From Candidatus Parvarchaeum sp. (GTDB lineage: Archaea > Nanobdellota > Nanobdellia > Parvarchaeales > Parvarchaeaceae): DNA of 64,000 nt. A model generated the notes under the pieces. It ran no database searches and was not told where the DNA came from. It saw nothing but the letters and a program-made list of their open reading frames with translations. A program made the position numbers and the translations under genes. The stretch spans positions 21,857-85,856 of the forward strand of contig JBMFWF010000002.1 in NCBI GenBank assembly GCA_049965555.1. The letters are read 5' to 3'. Shown piece after piece: positions 17,357-27,914 of this stretch; positions within the stretch are counted from its first letter, which is position 1; each line of letters opens with the position of its first letter.

Positions 17357-19176
17357 AAATAAGATGTGGCTTTGAATGGCATATACAAATCGATTCCGGC
17401 AAGCTTTTCTGCCGCTGTAAATCGGAGATAAAGGAAAATAAAGATTACTTTGAAATAAAGAGGCTAATAAGGCCCTCTTTTGGTGAAAGCGGCAAAATAG
17501 ACATAAGTGCAGAATTTGAGGGTCAAAAAACAAAAAAGATAGTTTATAAGGTTTTTAATGATACTGACTGCTTAGTAGACATAGATGAGGAACCTCCCCA
17601 TAATATAGACAGGGATGCTCTTTCTACTGGAGTTAATCTTTCTTATGCTCTGAACGCGTATTTGTTAGACAACTTAATATTTATGAGAAAGACGATAGTT
17701 GATGGATCTAATACAACCGGCTTTCAGAGAACGGCGATTTTAGCGTTAAACGGCGAATTCCCATTCAAGGAAAAAAGGATAAAAATTGATACCATTTCCA
17801 TAGAAGAAGACTCTGCCAGAAAGGAAACAGAGAACAAAGAAGAAACCACCTATTTCCTAGACAGGATAGGAATACCTTTAATAGAAATTGCAACGGGCAT
17901 AATAGAAACTGATGAAAATGAAGCAAAGGAGATAGCAATGCAATTTGGAAAGTTTACGAGGCTGTTCAATGTTAAAAGAGGGATAGGCACAATAAGACAG
18001 GATGTAAATCTCTCTATTGAAGGGGGAAAAAGAGTAGAACTAAAAGGATTTCAGAATATAAGAGAGATGGATAAGGTTATATTAAATGAAGCAAAAAGGC
18101 AGGAAAATCTAATAAAAATAAAGAATGACTTTGGATATGTTACAAAAGAGATTGAAAACTGGCATTTTGAAGATATAAAAGGGGTATTCGAAAGCACAGA
18201 ATCAAACATTATAAAGACTGCTGTAAAAAGCGGAAAAAGCATAATAGGCATTAGGTTACAAGGACTGAAAGGGCTTCTCGGGACATACATTTGCGAAAAC
18301 AAGAGGTTTGGAAGTGAAATAAGCGATTATCTGAAGATTAAACTAGGCTACGGGATAATGCATTCTGATGAACTACCTGCATATGGCATAAGCGAAAATG
18401 AGAAAAATAAAATAGCAGAAAGATTAAATTGCGGTGAAAACGACTCATTTCTATTTTCAATATGCGACAATGGATATGAAAACCCCGCTATGGGAGCAAT
18501 AAAAGAAAGACTTTCTTCTTTGCTTGAAGATGTGCCATCAGAAGTAAGACTTGTACAGGATGATAATACAACTAGATTTTTAAGGCCGATGGGAGGAAAA
18601 GACAGGATGTATGTTGAAACTGATTTACCCATAATAAAAATAGATGAAGATATTTTAAAGGAGGGAAAAGAGTATATCGGGAGAAGCGTAGATTCATTGA
18701 AATCATCGCTTAACATATCTGATGAGTTTCTTGATCAACTGATATCATCAAGGAAACTCAGCGAAGCGATATACCTGAAAAATAAAACTGGGATCGACTT
18801 TAATGCAATAATACAAATTGCAGTAGAGGACTGGAAATATATCAGAAGAAAATTTGGAAAGGAGATAGATAAAAAGGATGTAGAAGAGATATTGAAGAAA
18901 ATAAAAGGAAATGAGATAGTAAGAGATTCCGCAAGAATCATAATGGAAGGAATTGCGTTGACAGGCAAAAGCGTTGAAGAGATAATAAAAGAAAAAGGTC
19001 TTAAAAAGAAAAGCGATGAGGAACTAAGGAATGAAATAGAAAAACTCATAAAAGATAAAAAACTGGATAAAGTCGATTCGCTCATAGTAAATCTAAAAGA
19101 CAGGATAGGCACTACTTTTGAGGCTAAAGAAGCATATAAAATAGCACTAGAACTGATAAAAGATGAAAAAGATTGA
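17353..19176 (+). CDS. gatE: Glu-tRNA(Gln) amidotransferase subunit E
   Basis: N-terminal GFEWHIQ...KLFC resembles GatB/E. 4-nt overlap with gatD. Archaea-specific. Confidence 0.9.
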   Translation: MKIRCGFEWHIQIDSGKLFCRCKSEIKENKDYFEIKRLIRPSFGESGKIDISAEFEGQKTKKIVYKVFNDTDCLVDIDEEPPHNIDRDALSTGVNLSYALNAYLLDNLIFMRKTIVDGSNTTGFQRTAILALNGEFPFKEKRIKIDTISIEEDSARKETENKEETTYFLDRIGIPLIEIATGIIETDENEAKEIAMQFGKFTRLFNVKRGIGTIRQDVNLSIEGGKRVELKGFQNIREMDKVILNEAKRQENLIKIKNDFGYVTKEIENWHFEDIKGVFESTESNIIKTAVKSGKSIIGIRLQGLKGLLGTYICENKRFGSEISDYLKIKLGYGIMHSDELPAYGISENEKNKIAERLNCGENDSFLFSICDNGYENPAMGAIKERLSSLLEDVPSEVRLVQDDNTTRFLRPMGGKDRMYVETDLPIIKIDEDILKEGKEYIGRSVDSLKSSLNISDEFLDQLISSRKLSEAIYLKNKTGIDFNAIIQIAVEDWKYIRRKFGKEIDKKDVEEILKKIKGNEIVRDSARIIMEGIALTGKSVEEIIKEKGLKKKSDEELRNEIEKLIKDKKLDKVDSLIVNLKDRIGTTFEAKEAYKIALELIKDEKD

Positions 19177-19759
19177 TTTTTACAGAGAGCTATCTAAGTT
19201 GGATAAAACAGAAAAAAACAGCCTTAAATTGGAGCAGTATTCAACGGATATAGATACTGCCTATCGGTTCATATATTTTGTTGATTACAATGTTAGCATA
19301 GCTGGAAAAACCGTAGCAGATTTGGGCTGCGGAAATGGGATACTTGGAATAGCTGCATCATTGCTTGGTGCAGCGGAAGTTGATCTTTATGATATAGATG
19401 AAAAAGCAGTTTGCTCTACTAAACAAAACATTGAAAAACTGCATATTAAGAATGCAAAACCTATTCACATGGATATATTTGATGCAGATAAAAAATACGA
19501 AATTGCAGTATCAAATCCGCCTTTTGGTTTTCAAAGCAATTTCAGTCTAAATGCATTTATAAAAAAAGCAAACTCATTAGCAGAGAACATATTCTTTATC
19601 TACAAAGATAATAAAGAGATAAGGAAAATCGCAGATATTCTTGGCTTTTCAGTATATAAGATAGAAGATATAACGCTTGAAAATACGCTGCCATTCCACA
19701 AAAAAAGCTATTATAGTTTGCCGGTTGTTATAGTTTATAAAATAACAAATAAAGTATGA
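19163..19759 (+). CDS. METTL5-like N6-adenine RNA methyltransferase (NPPF motif)
   Basis: DLGCGNGILGIAA motif I and SNPPFG motif IV. Confidence 0.7.
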   Translation: MKKIDFYRELSKLDKTEKNSLKLEQYSTDIDTAYRFIYFVDYNVSIAGKTVADLGCGNGILGIAASLLGAAEVDLYDIDEKAVCSTKQNIEKLHIKNAKPIHMDIFDADKKYEIAVSNPPFGFQSNFSLNAFIKKANSLAENIFFIYKDNKEIRKIADILGFSVYKIEDITLENTLPFHKKSYYSLPVVIVYKITNKV

Positions 19760-20199
19760 AAGGACAAGTAAACTTTGGAGCTTGGGTTCTTATAATCGCG
19801 ATAGTTGCAATTATAATACTGCTGATATTTGATTCAACTATAAGAAGTTACATACTTACAAACCTTAGTAGCCTGGTAAGCGGGATAAAATCTGCTAGCC
19901 CGGGAGCCTTATCCGAAGTTACAACAAATTTCACTGCATATAACTGCAGTTCCGCATGTTCACTCTTTCCAAGCTCAATCTATTACTGGACAATAAACTT
20001 CAACGGCCAAAATTACACTTATTACCTGAATAATAGCATAAGCGTTACCTCCTCTCCAGGTAATTATTCTTTAGAGGTATACCCAGTATTAACATCTAGC
20101 GGTGAATTATGCTCAAACGCGACTAACTCCGGCAAGCAGACGAAAATATTAAACATTCCGGCAGGCAAAAACTACAAATTATATTATTTGCCATGCTGA
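19756..20199 (+). CDS. class III signal peptide (archaeal type IV pilin-like) secreted protein, N-glycosylation sequon-rich
   Basis: MKG|QVNFGAWVLIIAIVAIIILL prepilin-like N-terminus, and many NxS/T sequons. Confidence 0.45.
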   Translation: MKGQVNFGAWVLIIAIVAIIILLIFDSTIRSYILTNLSSLVSGIKSASPGALSEVTTNFTAYNCSSACSLFPSSIYYWTINFNGQNYTYYLNNSISVTSSPGNYSLEVYPVLTSSGELCSNATNSGKQTKILNIPAGKNYKLYYLPC

Positions 20200-20215
20200 G
20201 TTCAATAAGCTAAAC

Positions 20216-20974
20216 CTATTTCTTCTTGGAAACTATTATGGATGAAGATGCTACATCTATTTTATTCTTTTTAAGATAATCAAGTATACCTGAGCTAATC
20301 TCGCTCTGAGTTTTCTTTCTTTCCCACAAGTTTGTTATGTACCTTAAATTAATTTTTATGTAGTTATCATTAAATGAAATGAAAACTGTGGGGTGTATGT
20401 CCCCTCTAGATATAAAATAAGCTTTCTTTAGCTTTTCATAGTCTCTTTGTGCACCTTCAAAGAACTTTTTCGTTTTATTATCTGCTATTTTTCTTATTTC
20501 TTTTGCTATCTTATTATAGTCTGAATCAAATAGTATAGGTATGGTTATATTGTCCCAGATATACTCAAAGCCCTTTGAGAAGTTTATAACATCTTGACTC
20601 ATTATCCTATTGTTTGGTATCTCAACTATTCTACCGGTGTAAAGATCTCCCTCTACCCAGTCATTTATCTCCATTATGGTTATGAAAAACATGTTTATGT
20701 CTATTATGTCCCCTTCCTCTGTCCCTATTTTTATCCTGTCCCCTACTTTAATCGGCCTCATAAAGAGTATTATTATCCATGCGAGGAAGCTTGTAATCGG
20801 GTCACGCAATGAAAAAGCTACCCCTGCAGAAAAAAGACCGGCAGACAAGGCTACTATGCTGCTATCATTTACAAATAAAGATATGACTATAACAAAGTCT
20901 ATAAACAGAATGACTATTGCAACTATTTTCTTCAAGTTATATCTTTGCTTGATATCGCTTATCTTAGTTATCAA
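20216..20974 (-). CDS. mechanosensitive ion channel MscS family
   Basis: TM region followed by GDRIKIG...GDIIDI...EIPN beta-domain. Confidence 0.7.
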   Translation of the reverse strand: MITKISDIKQRYNLKKIVAIVILFIDFVIVISLFVNDSSIVALSAGLFSAGVAFSLRDPITSFLAWIIILFMRPIKVGDRIKIGTEEGDIIDINMFFITIMEINDWVEGDLYTGRIVEIPNNRIMSQDVINFSKGFEYIWDNITIPILFDSDYNKIAKEIRKIADNKTKKFFEGAQRDYEKLKKAYFISRGDIHPTVFISFNDNYIKINLRYITNLWERKKTQSEISSGILDYLKKNKIDVASSSIIVSKKK

Positions 20975-21108
20975 CTTTGATAGAAAGTATAGATAGCATA
21001 TGACACTAAAGTTATCGCCAGCAATTCAAAAATTGTATATAATAGGTTTAGTGATATAATCATATGTAGTTGTAAAAGAGCTATTAATATTTATATATTA
21101 AACTAAAA

Positions 21109-21300
21109 TCAAGGTAAACTATTATTTATTGAGCTGCTATTTGGAGCAGAATGAATAAGACCTGTCAATGGCGAGAATATGCCACTCTTTAAAAGAAAAA
21201 GCAGAATTACCAACAATGCCAGAGCTATCACTATAATGATTATTATAGTTATACCCAATTCCATTCCTTTATTGTTAATGTGCATAAATTTCAATGTCAT
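21109..21300 (-). CDS. small hydrophobic membrane protein (uncertain)
   Basis: 63-aa ORF with a single TM segment. Confidence 0.2.
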   Translation of the reverse strand: MTLKFMHINNKGMELGITIIIIIVIALALLVILLFLLKSGIFSPLTGLIHSAPNSSSINNSLP

Positions 21301-21437
21301 TTAATACATTAATATTTTAATTACTTTATATAAACTCAAAAAAGTTAGTTTATTAAGGCATTTTAAAGAGTTATTTCTTACAGAATTGCAAAGTTTGTCT
21401 AAAATAGTTATTAATATACAAAAAACCAAAAAAAATA

Positions 21438-23345
21438 ATGAAAATTATATACAACGGAAAGGAAAGAGAGTTCAAGGACGGAGAAAAAGCTGCAGATATC
21501 GCAAAGGAATTAAACGCTCCTAAAGATATAATTGTGGCAGAGATAAATAACCGGCTAATAGATTTGTCTGCAGAAGTAAAAGAAGATGGCGAAATAAAAT
21601 TCTTCACTTTCAACGATGATATTGGGAAGAAGGTCTTCTGGCACTCATCCGCACATATTCTTGCAGCTGCGGTAAAAAGACTCTATCCAGAAGCAGTGCT
21701 TGGCATAGGTCCTGCAATAGATGAGGGTTTCTACTATGACATTTATAACCTTAAAGCGGGAGACAACGACCTAGAAGATATAGAGAAGGAGATGTATAAA
21801 ATAATAAAAGAAAACCAAGCTTTTGAAAGGAGAGATATATCAAAAAAAGAAGCGAAGGAACTTCTAAAGGACAACAAATTCAAACTGGAAATAATCGAAG
21901 AAGTAAACGGAAATCTAAGCATATACAAAAACGGAGAATTCTATGACCTGTGCAGAGGGCCTCATATCCCTTCTACTGGATATATAGGCGCAGTAAAACT
22001 TTTGAAAACTTCTGGAGCTTATTGGAGAGGAGACAGCAAAAGAGAGGTGATGACTAGAATATATGGTATTTCATTTCCTTCCAAGAAAGAACTTGATGAA
22101 TACATAAAATTCTTAGAAGAAAAGGATAAACATGATAATAAAAGGATAGGCAAAGAATTAGAGTTATTTGAATTCATGGACGTTTCACCAGGTTCTCCTT
22201 TTATGCTTCCAAAAGGGACCATAATTTATAATGAACTTATAAAGCTTGCTAGAGAATACGATACGAAATATGATTATAAAGAAATCATAACTCCTATGAT
22301 AGCAAAGATAGATTTATGGAAAATAAGCGGGCATTTTGATAAATACAAGCAAAATATGTTTGAAGTCAAGCCATTTGAGTCTGATGAAGAATATGCACTT
22401 AAACCAATGAGCTGCCCATTTCACGTTCTTGTATTTAAATCAAAAACTAGAAGCTATAAAGAGCTTCCTTTAAGATTTGCAGAGCATGGCTTGGTACATA
22501 GATATGAATTAGAGGGCACATTAAACGGCCTTATGCGCACGAGATTACTGCAGCAAAATGATTCTCACATTTTTGTAACAGGAGAGCAAATAGAAGATGA
22601 AATAATATTTGAACTTAAAGAACTTAAAGAAATCTATGATATATTTAATCTTTCCCCGATATTCACAGTTGCAACTAGGCCAGATGAAAGAATCGGAGAA
22701 GATGAACTTTGGGACAAAGCAGAAACTGCGTTATTTAACGCATTGAAAAAAGGAGGATATAAATATACTATAAAGCCTAAGGATGGTGCATTCTACGGCC
22801 CGAAAATAGACGTTTATGTCCTAGACTTCACTGGAAAACCGGAATCGGCTTATGCTGTCTCGACTATACAAGTCGATTTTAATTTAGCAAGAAGATTTGA
22901 TGCAACGTATGTGGGCCCAGACAATAAGGAGCATATACCAGTCGTTCTGCATAGGTCTATATTAGGTTCATTTGGTAGATTTATGGGTATAATCCTTGAG
23001 AATTCAGAGGGCAAATTGCCGGTATGGCTTTCACCTGTACAGGTTAAAGTGCTTACTATAACCGAGAGAAACAACAAATATGCAGATGAAATAATAAGAA
23101 AACTTAAAGATAACGGCATAAGAGTAGAAAGTGACACTGAAAATGGCACGCTTGATTATAGAATAAGGAAAGCTCAGCTTGAAAAAGTTCCGTTCATGAT
23201 CATTATAGGAGATAAAGAAGAAGAAAAGAAAACAATCGCAGTGAGAAATAGAAATGGGAAAACAAGATATAACGTAGACATAAATGAATTCATAAATGAC
23301 ATTTTAAATAATATAAAAAATAGAACAAAGTATGAAGAAGAATGA
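21438..23345 (+). CDS. thrS: threonyl-tRNA synthetase
   Basis: TGS and second additional domain, HxxxH, class II catalytic core and anticodon-binding domain. Confidence 0.95.
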   Translation: MKIIYNGKEREFKDGEKAADIAKELNAPKDIIVAEINNRLIDLSAEVKEDGEIKFFTFNDDIGKKVFWHSSAHILAAAVKRLYPEAVLGIGPAIDEGFYYDIYNLKAGDNDLEDIEKEMYKIIKENQAFERRDISKKEAKELLKDNKFKLEIIEEVNGNLSIYKNGEFYDLCRGPHIPSTGYIGAVKLLKTSGAYWRGDSKREVMTRIYGISFPSKKELDEYIKFLEEKDKHDNKRIGKELELFEFMDVSPGSPFMLPKGTIIYNELIKLAREYDTKYDYKEIITPMIAKIDLWKISGHFDKYKQNMFEVKPFESDEEYALKPMSCPFHVLVFKSKTRSYKELPLRFAEHGLVHRYELEGTLNGLMRTRLLQQNDSHIFVTGEQIEDEIIFELKELKEIYDIFNLSPIFTVATRPDERIGEDELWDKAETALFNALKKGGYKYTIKPKDGAFYGPKIDVYVLDFTGKPESAYAVSTIQVDFNLARRFDATYVGPDNKEHIPVVLHRSILGSFGRFMGIILENSEGKLPVWLSPVQVKVLTITERNNKYADEIIRKLKDNGIRVESDTENGTLDYRIRKAQLEKVPFMIIIGDKEEEKKTIAVRNRNGKTRYNVDINEFINDILNNIKNRTKYEEE

Positions 23346-23874
23346 GCTAAGCCACAGAGAATACAGAAAATTAAAACATAAGTTTAACAGAAACAACATC
23401 TTAATACCGCTAATTGCAACTTCTTTTGTAGTTGTGTTTCTGATTTTTGTGTTACATGAAATAAATTTTGACATAAGAGAGATAAGCGGAGCTTCTGCAC
23501 TGATATTCACTTCTTTCGCAAGCAGCGCATTTATATTGTTTCTAATGCCATATTCCAAGGCTGCAAAGAAAACAAGATTTGTCAAAAGTTACTTAATTGC
23601 AGGCTTTTTCGGCTATCTTGGCTTTCTTCTCTCTAGTTTTATAAATTTCTATATTATTGCAGGGACAGTAATCTTTATAGTGTCATTTTTACTGTTCGAA
23701 ACCGATAGCGAACACCCTCCTGCAATCGGTATAGCAGTAGCTTTTATGATATTTAGAATTCCGATATACGGGATATTAAGCCTTCTAACAGGAGTAATTA
23801 TTTTAGTTGCGGCCAAATACATAATGCAAAAAATTGGCATACTGTCCAAGGCAAGCGAGTTTAAAGTCAGGTAA
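23332..23874 (+). CDS. HPP-family membrane protein
   Basis: 4 TM segments with conserved SEHPPAIG motif. Confidence 0.55.
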   Translation: MKKNELSHREYRKLKHKFNRNNILIPLIATSFVVVFLIFVLHEINFDIREISGASALIFTSFASSAFILFLMPYSKAAKKTRFVKSYLIAGFFGYLGFLLSSFINFYIIAGTVIFIVSFLLFETDSEHPPAIGIAVAFMIFRIPIYGILSLLTGVIILVAAKYIMQKIGILSKASEFKVR

Positions 23875-23937
23875 AATAAAGCTCAACAGGATATTATTAA
23901 TTTAATAATCAAACAAAGAAAATATCCTTTAGAAAAT

Positions 23938-24168
23938 TTAATTTTTTATCAAAATAATATAAGCAGGTTTAACATCTATGTGCATCTCCAAAGAAAACCC
24001 TCTCTCTTTGGCAACAGATTTTATAGAATCCGCCAGAGACGGATCAAAATCGTTAAATAAGATTTTTACTGCTTCGCCGCTTTTCAATTCCTTAGAAAAA
24101 TTATAAGCCATTAATAAGACAAAGTAATAAGAAGAACCGACAGAAAGGACTGTTCTAATAATATTCAT
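23938..24168 (-). CDS. TusA-like small protein lacking the catalytic CPxP cysteine
   Basis: VKILFNDFDPSLADSIKSVAKERGFSL aligns to the TusA ATDPGS...TGH core. The CP position reads SY. Confidence 0.4.
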   Translation of the reverse strand: MNIIRTVLSVGSSYYFVLLMAYNFSKELKSGEAVKILFNDFDPSLADSIKSVAKERGFSLEMHIDVKPAYIILIKN

Positions 24169-24587
24169 ACAGTCAGGAAAAGATAATCTTTATCATTTTT
24201 AAGCTTATTGAATATCTCAACGCCATTGACCTTTCCATCAACTATATCTAAAAATTCAAGTTCTCCGAACTTCTTTTTAAATATTTCTACACAGGGCTGG
24301 CAAAGATACACTTTCAATTTGCCTGCTTGTTTTGCCATATTAATTACTTTTAACCAGTCAGGGAACTCGCCAGAATCCCATATATCTAATATTGCTTTAG
24401 CGTATTCATTTTCTATATCAGATTTTGGAAATTTATTGTAAAAATTTTTAGTTATAGCTAGAACAGAAGCCCCATTAAAGATAATCTCCGTATCAATATT
24501 GGTATTACTTGAACCAGTTAGTATGGCCTGCATGCTGTAAAAAGATTCAACAGAATACTTCGTTACGAAAATTATTACCTTTTCCAT
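24165..24587 (-). CDS. DsrE/DsrF-like sulfur-relay family protein
   Basis: KVIIFVTKYSVES...IFNGASV resembles the DsrE fold. 4-nt overlap with the TusA-like gene. Confidence 0.45.
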   Translation of the reverse strand: MEKVIIFVTKYSVESFYSMQAILTGSSNTNIDTEIIFNGASVLAITKNFYNKFPKSDIENEYAKAILDIWDSGEFPDWLKVINMAKQAGKLKVYLCQPCVEIFKKKFGELEFLDIVDGKVNGVEIFNKLKNDKDYLFLTV

Positions 24588-24672
24588 TTAAAGTTAAGGA
24601 TTTTTTTGTATTTAAACATAACAACAATATTAAAAGAAATCCTAACTAGAACGTTTTTGATATGTCTTTTGG

Positions 24673-24756
24673 GTCTTCTTAAAAATAAAGCGCTCAGGGA
24701 GGGATTCGGACCCTCAAGGGATTGCTCCCATAAGCTCTCCAGGCTTACGCGATGCC
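24673..24756 (-). tRNA. tRNA-Ser (anticodon GGA), type II with long variable arm
   Basis: Acceptor GCTCAGG/CCTGAGC, 3-bp D stem, anticodon stem TAAGC/GCTTA with loop CTGGAGA, variable arm GGGA-GCAA-TCCC, T arm GAGGG-TCCGAAT-CCCTC. ORF 24606-24797 is spurious. Confidence 0.8.
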
Positions 24757-24854
24757 AGGTTACGCAACCTGAGCTTAAAGCATTATATATAATTTAGAAT
24801 AACTTATAAATACCTATCACAAGATATTTAACCTCCGGAATCTAATAACAAATT

Positions 24855-25133
24855 ATGGAAGAATGGTATAAACATCAGCAAGGCAAAGTTATAAAAGAAG
24901 TAAAATTTAACGGCTATGAAGTAAAATATGTAAAGAAAGAAGAACATGAAGATTTTCAGCCAAGAAACGAAAAATTACCTGTAAACATAGACAAAGAACA
25001 ACTAAAAATAACAAAAAATGGGGAAAAGATAAAGGTAAGGAAAAAGGACAAGCTTGCGATAATAGATGCAATAAAACAAGACAACATAGACAAGGTTGAT
25101 GAGATACTTAAAACATTGAAAACCAATAATTAG
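24855..25133 (+). CDS. hypothetical lysine-rich protein
   Basis: ORF only. Confidence 0.3.
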   Translation: MEEWYKHQQGKVIKEVKFNGYEVKYVKKEEHEDFQPRNEKLPVNIDKEQLKITKNGEKIKVRKKDKLAIIDAIKQDNIDKVDEILKTLKTNN

Positions 25134-25138
25134 TTGTT

Positions 25139-25546
25139 TTATTGACTGTCCAGCATAGAAATTAACTCTTTTACCTTAGCATAGATAGTTTCAATTATTT
25201 TGGTTTTGTCCTCAACCGAAAGTCCTTCCAATGTAGGTATATACCAGTGCTCAGCCTTTTTTATATACTCATCAGGTATAAGTATACAGTCATTTGGATC
25301 ACAAACAATTATTATTTTATCAGCCATTTTTAACATTTCATTGTTGGGTGCTTTGGGAAATTGATTACTCATATCTACATCAAATTTTTCCCGCATTAAT
25401 TTTATATCTGAACTGTCTATCCCTGTACCAACAGAACTCCCTGCGGCACTTATTGCTTTATGCTTTTTCGTAAGCTTATTAAATAAAGCTTCCGCGATCT
25501 GGCTTCTGCTATTGTTATATTTACAGATAAAAAGCACAACAGACAT
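25139..25546 (-). CDS. low-molecular-weight protein-tyrosine phosphatase / ArsC-type (CX5R)
   Basis: VLFICKYNNSRSQIAE P-loop with CX5R. Confidence 0.75.
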   Translation of the reverse strand: MSVVLFICKYNNSRSQIAEALFNKLTKKHKAISAAGSSVGTGIDSSDIKLMREKFDVDMSNQFPKAPNNEMLKMADKIIIVCDPNDCILIPDEYIKKAEHWYIPTLEGLSVEDKTKIIETIYAKVKELISMLDSQ

Positions 25547-25558
25547 AAAGAGACTTAT

Positions 25559-25933
25559 TCACTGCTTCATTATGCCGGCAATTTCACTTGAAGCTTTAGA
25601 AGACTCCAAAAGAATTAAACCATAATTTGTGTTAGGATCGATCATTATTGTAAGTATTGCATCGGTTCCTGCTTGTACTGCTACAACCCTTATGTCCTTT
25701 GACTCTGCAACTACCCTTTCTAAAGTATTTTTAGCACCAAGAGACTTAATGGCCGTTTCTGCTGAACCTACCATTGAAGCCAGCATCGCAGCAAAAGTGT
25801 TCGGATCTACATCTTCAGGCATCAAAGAGACCATAGGTAAACCATTAGCAGATATAACAGCAGATGCCTTTATTCCGCCGACAGTACTTAATCTTTGTAA
25901 AACACTTTTTAATTGTTCCGATTTTGTAGCCAT
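25559..25933 (-). CDS. Roadblock/LC7 (MglB-like) domain protein
   Basis: ~120 aa alpha-beta-alpha Roadblock pattern (GIKASAVISANGLPM...AAMLASMVGSAE). Confidence 0.7.
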   Translation of the reverse strand: MATKSEQLKSVLQRLSTVGGIKASAVISANGLPMVSLMPEDVDPNTFAAMLASMVGSAETAIKSLGAKNTLERVVAESKDIRVVAVQAGTDAILTIMIDPNTNYGLILLESSKASSEIAGIMKQ

Positions 25934-25963
25934 ATTTAATTTACGATTTCTTTATTTAAATAA

Positions 25964-27208
25964 TTATGTTAACTGCTTAAACAAAGCAGATAAAGCCTCG
26001 TCTATTCCCGCCTCCTTTAATTTTGTTGGCTCGTTTGGATCTACTTTTGATAGGTCCTCAGCAACTGTCTGCACTAGTGCTATTGCAGAATCCAAGTGCA
26101 ACTTTTCTCTTATTTCTTCTTTTTTAAGTGCTCCCTGGAGATCAGCTTTATTTGCAATAACTACTACTGGCAAACCATAAGTTTCTGTCTTCCTAAGCAT
26201 TTCAACTGCTCTTGGGAACTGTTCTGGCTTGGTTGAGTCTACTACTAGGAATACACCGATTGCTTCTCCGCCTAGCATTTTAAGTAATGGATCAAATCTT
26301 TCCTGTCCAGGCGTTCCAAACAAATCTGCACGATAACCCTGAAAATCTACTGTTCCATGATCCAAAGCTATCGTTCCGCCAAGCTTATCTACACTTACAG
26401 CATTCTTAGAGGCACTGTGTATGAATGAACTTTTTCCAGCATCTGTCGGCCCAGTAACTAGAATCTTGGGGAAGTAAACCTTTATTCCTCCCGGCTTTAT
26501 TGCTTTGAACAGCACAGATGAAAATGTCTGTTGCTTTTCTTCAACCCAATCGCACTTTAATACCGCAAAATACTGCCCGAAAATCACGCGTTTTTCTATT
26601 CCCTTGACCTCTATAGTTGAATTTACATTTGAAAGCAGTTTATCTACATTTTGTTTTTCGTAGCCCCAATCTGTGAAAAGAAGCACTGCTGCAGAGTCCT
26701 TGCTTACAACCTCTTGTTTTACATCATTCATAAATGAAGTAGCAAATGAAAAATTAAAGAAATCAGCAAGCAGTGAAAATGAATCTATTACAAGCAGTCC
26801 GTACCCATTACCAATCTCTTTGAGGACTTTTGTCTTTACTTCTTCCTTATCATAAGGATTGCTTATAACCTTTATATGATCCGTTTCATCTGATTTTATG
26901 CCGGTAATCCCACTGTAAGCATCTATTATAAATAAATTGTCATTGGCTGGAAAGTCATATTCTTTCATGTCTGTAAGATAAGACTGTGGAGATGTTCTGT
27001 TAAGAAATACGAGAACTTTTACTCCAGAGGTTATATTCTTATGTATTATTTGATATCCAAACACTTCATTTCCCACGGAGGGCGAAGCAGATATCAATAC
27101 AACCTTTTTAGAAGGTATTCCCTTAAGCTGCTCATCTAACTTAGCTATTCCAAAATAAGGATCAAAATCCTTATCTGGCACACCGTCTAATCCTTTAAAC
27201 TCTACCAT
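25964..27208 (-). CDS. fusion of degenerate KaiC/RecA-like domain (N) and Ras-like small GTPase (C)
   Basis: aa 30-240: KVVLISASPSVGNEVFGYQ aligns with the KaiC P-loop region but lacks GK[ST]. aa 246-414: G1 GPTDAGKSS, G3 DLFGTPGQERF, G4 NKAD. Confidence 0.65.
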   Translation of the reverse strand: MVEFKGLDGVPDKDFDPYFGIAKLDEQLKGIPSKKVVLISASPSVGNEVFGYQIIHKNITSGVKVLVFLNRTSPQSYLTDMKEYDFPANDNLFIIDAYSGITGIKSDETDHIKVISNPYDKEEVKTKVLKEIGNGYGLLVIDSFSLLADFFNFSFATSFMNDVKQEVVSKDSAAVLLFTDWGYEKQNVDKLLSNVNSTIEVKGIEKRVIFGQYFAVLKCDWVEEKQQTFSSVLFKAIKPGGIKVYFPKILVTGPTDAGKSSFIHSASKNAVSVDKLGGTIALDHGTVDFQGYRADLFGTPGQERFDPLLKMLGGEAIGVFLVVDSTKPEQFPRAVEMLRKTETYGLPVVVIANKADLQGALKKEEIREKLHLDSAIALVQTVAEDLSKVDPNEPTKLKEAGIDEALSALFKQLT

Positions 27209-27244
27209 ATAGTAAAATTATATCAATTATCGCTTTTAAATATA

Positions 27245-27913
27245 TCATTCGAGCTCCTTAAAATCAAGTACTTCCTTGCTTGTGCCTGAAAGCCTGAAAT
27301 ACCTTTTTCCTCCATCAAGCTTTAAATCGATTATTGCGTCAGAAAGATTTTTTATGGTTTCTATAACTTCAGGAGGATGCATCGCTATGTCAATTGAAAA
27401 TATTATGGTAACTCCTGCTAATTTGGCTTTACCACAAACGAACTGTAGAAAGCGGTACACTGTTACTGGATTATTATATATCAATAGATTTGAAAGATTG
27501 TCAAAGATGTTTATTACCGGCTTTGCATCCTTTACAAAATCGCTATTCGTACTTGATAATGAAACTGATAAACCTGTCAAATCCAATGGCCCGTTTAATA
27601 TTTTTGCATAGGAATTGTCAGTAGCACTGGGTGAGTTCGTCCTGCTAAAATCATCCAATATCTTAAAATTTTCTCCAAGGTAAGGATTTATGTTTATTCC
27701 TCTGGAGTTGAATTCATTTATCAAGTCGGAGTAAGACTTGGAAGTCAGCACATAAACTATTGCATTTTTTGACGCAAGAGCGGATTGAACGACTTTATAT
27801 ATAAACAGCTCTTTTCCTGATTCTTTATTTCCAAAAATAGAGTATACCTTCCTGTAATCCAAGCCATTAGTAAGCTCATCAAAGTTCTTAAAACCAGTTT
27901 TTATTCCTTCCAT
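27245..27913 (-). CDS. KaiC/FlaH-like RecA-superfamily protein with atypical Walker A (GNKESGKE)
   Basis: GFKNFDELTNGLDYRKVYSIFGNKESGKELFIYKVVQSAL parallels KaiC GLDELLGGGLP...GxPGxGKT. Confidence 0.55.
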   Translation of the reverse strand: MEGIKTGFKNFDELTNGLDYRKVYSIFGNKESGKELFIYKVVQSALASKNAIVYVLTSKSYSDLINEFNSRGININPYLGENFKILDDFSRTNSPSATDNSYAKILNGPLDLTGLSVSLSSTNSDFVKDAKPVINIFDNLSNLLIYNNPVTVYRFLQFVCGKAKLAGVTIIFSIDIAMHPPEVIETIKNLSDAIIDLKLDGGKRYFRLSGTSKEVLDFKELE

Positions 27914-27914
27914 A

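Noticed and set aside
20594-20996. + ORFs of 72 and 106 aa
   Set aside because: Antisense to the MscS channel gene.
24606-24797. 63-aa + ORF
   Set aside because: Overlaps a well-folding tRNA-Ser(GGA) gene on the opposite strand.
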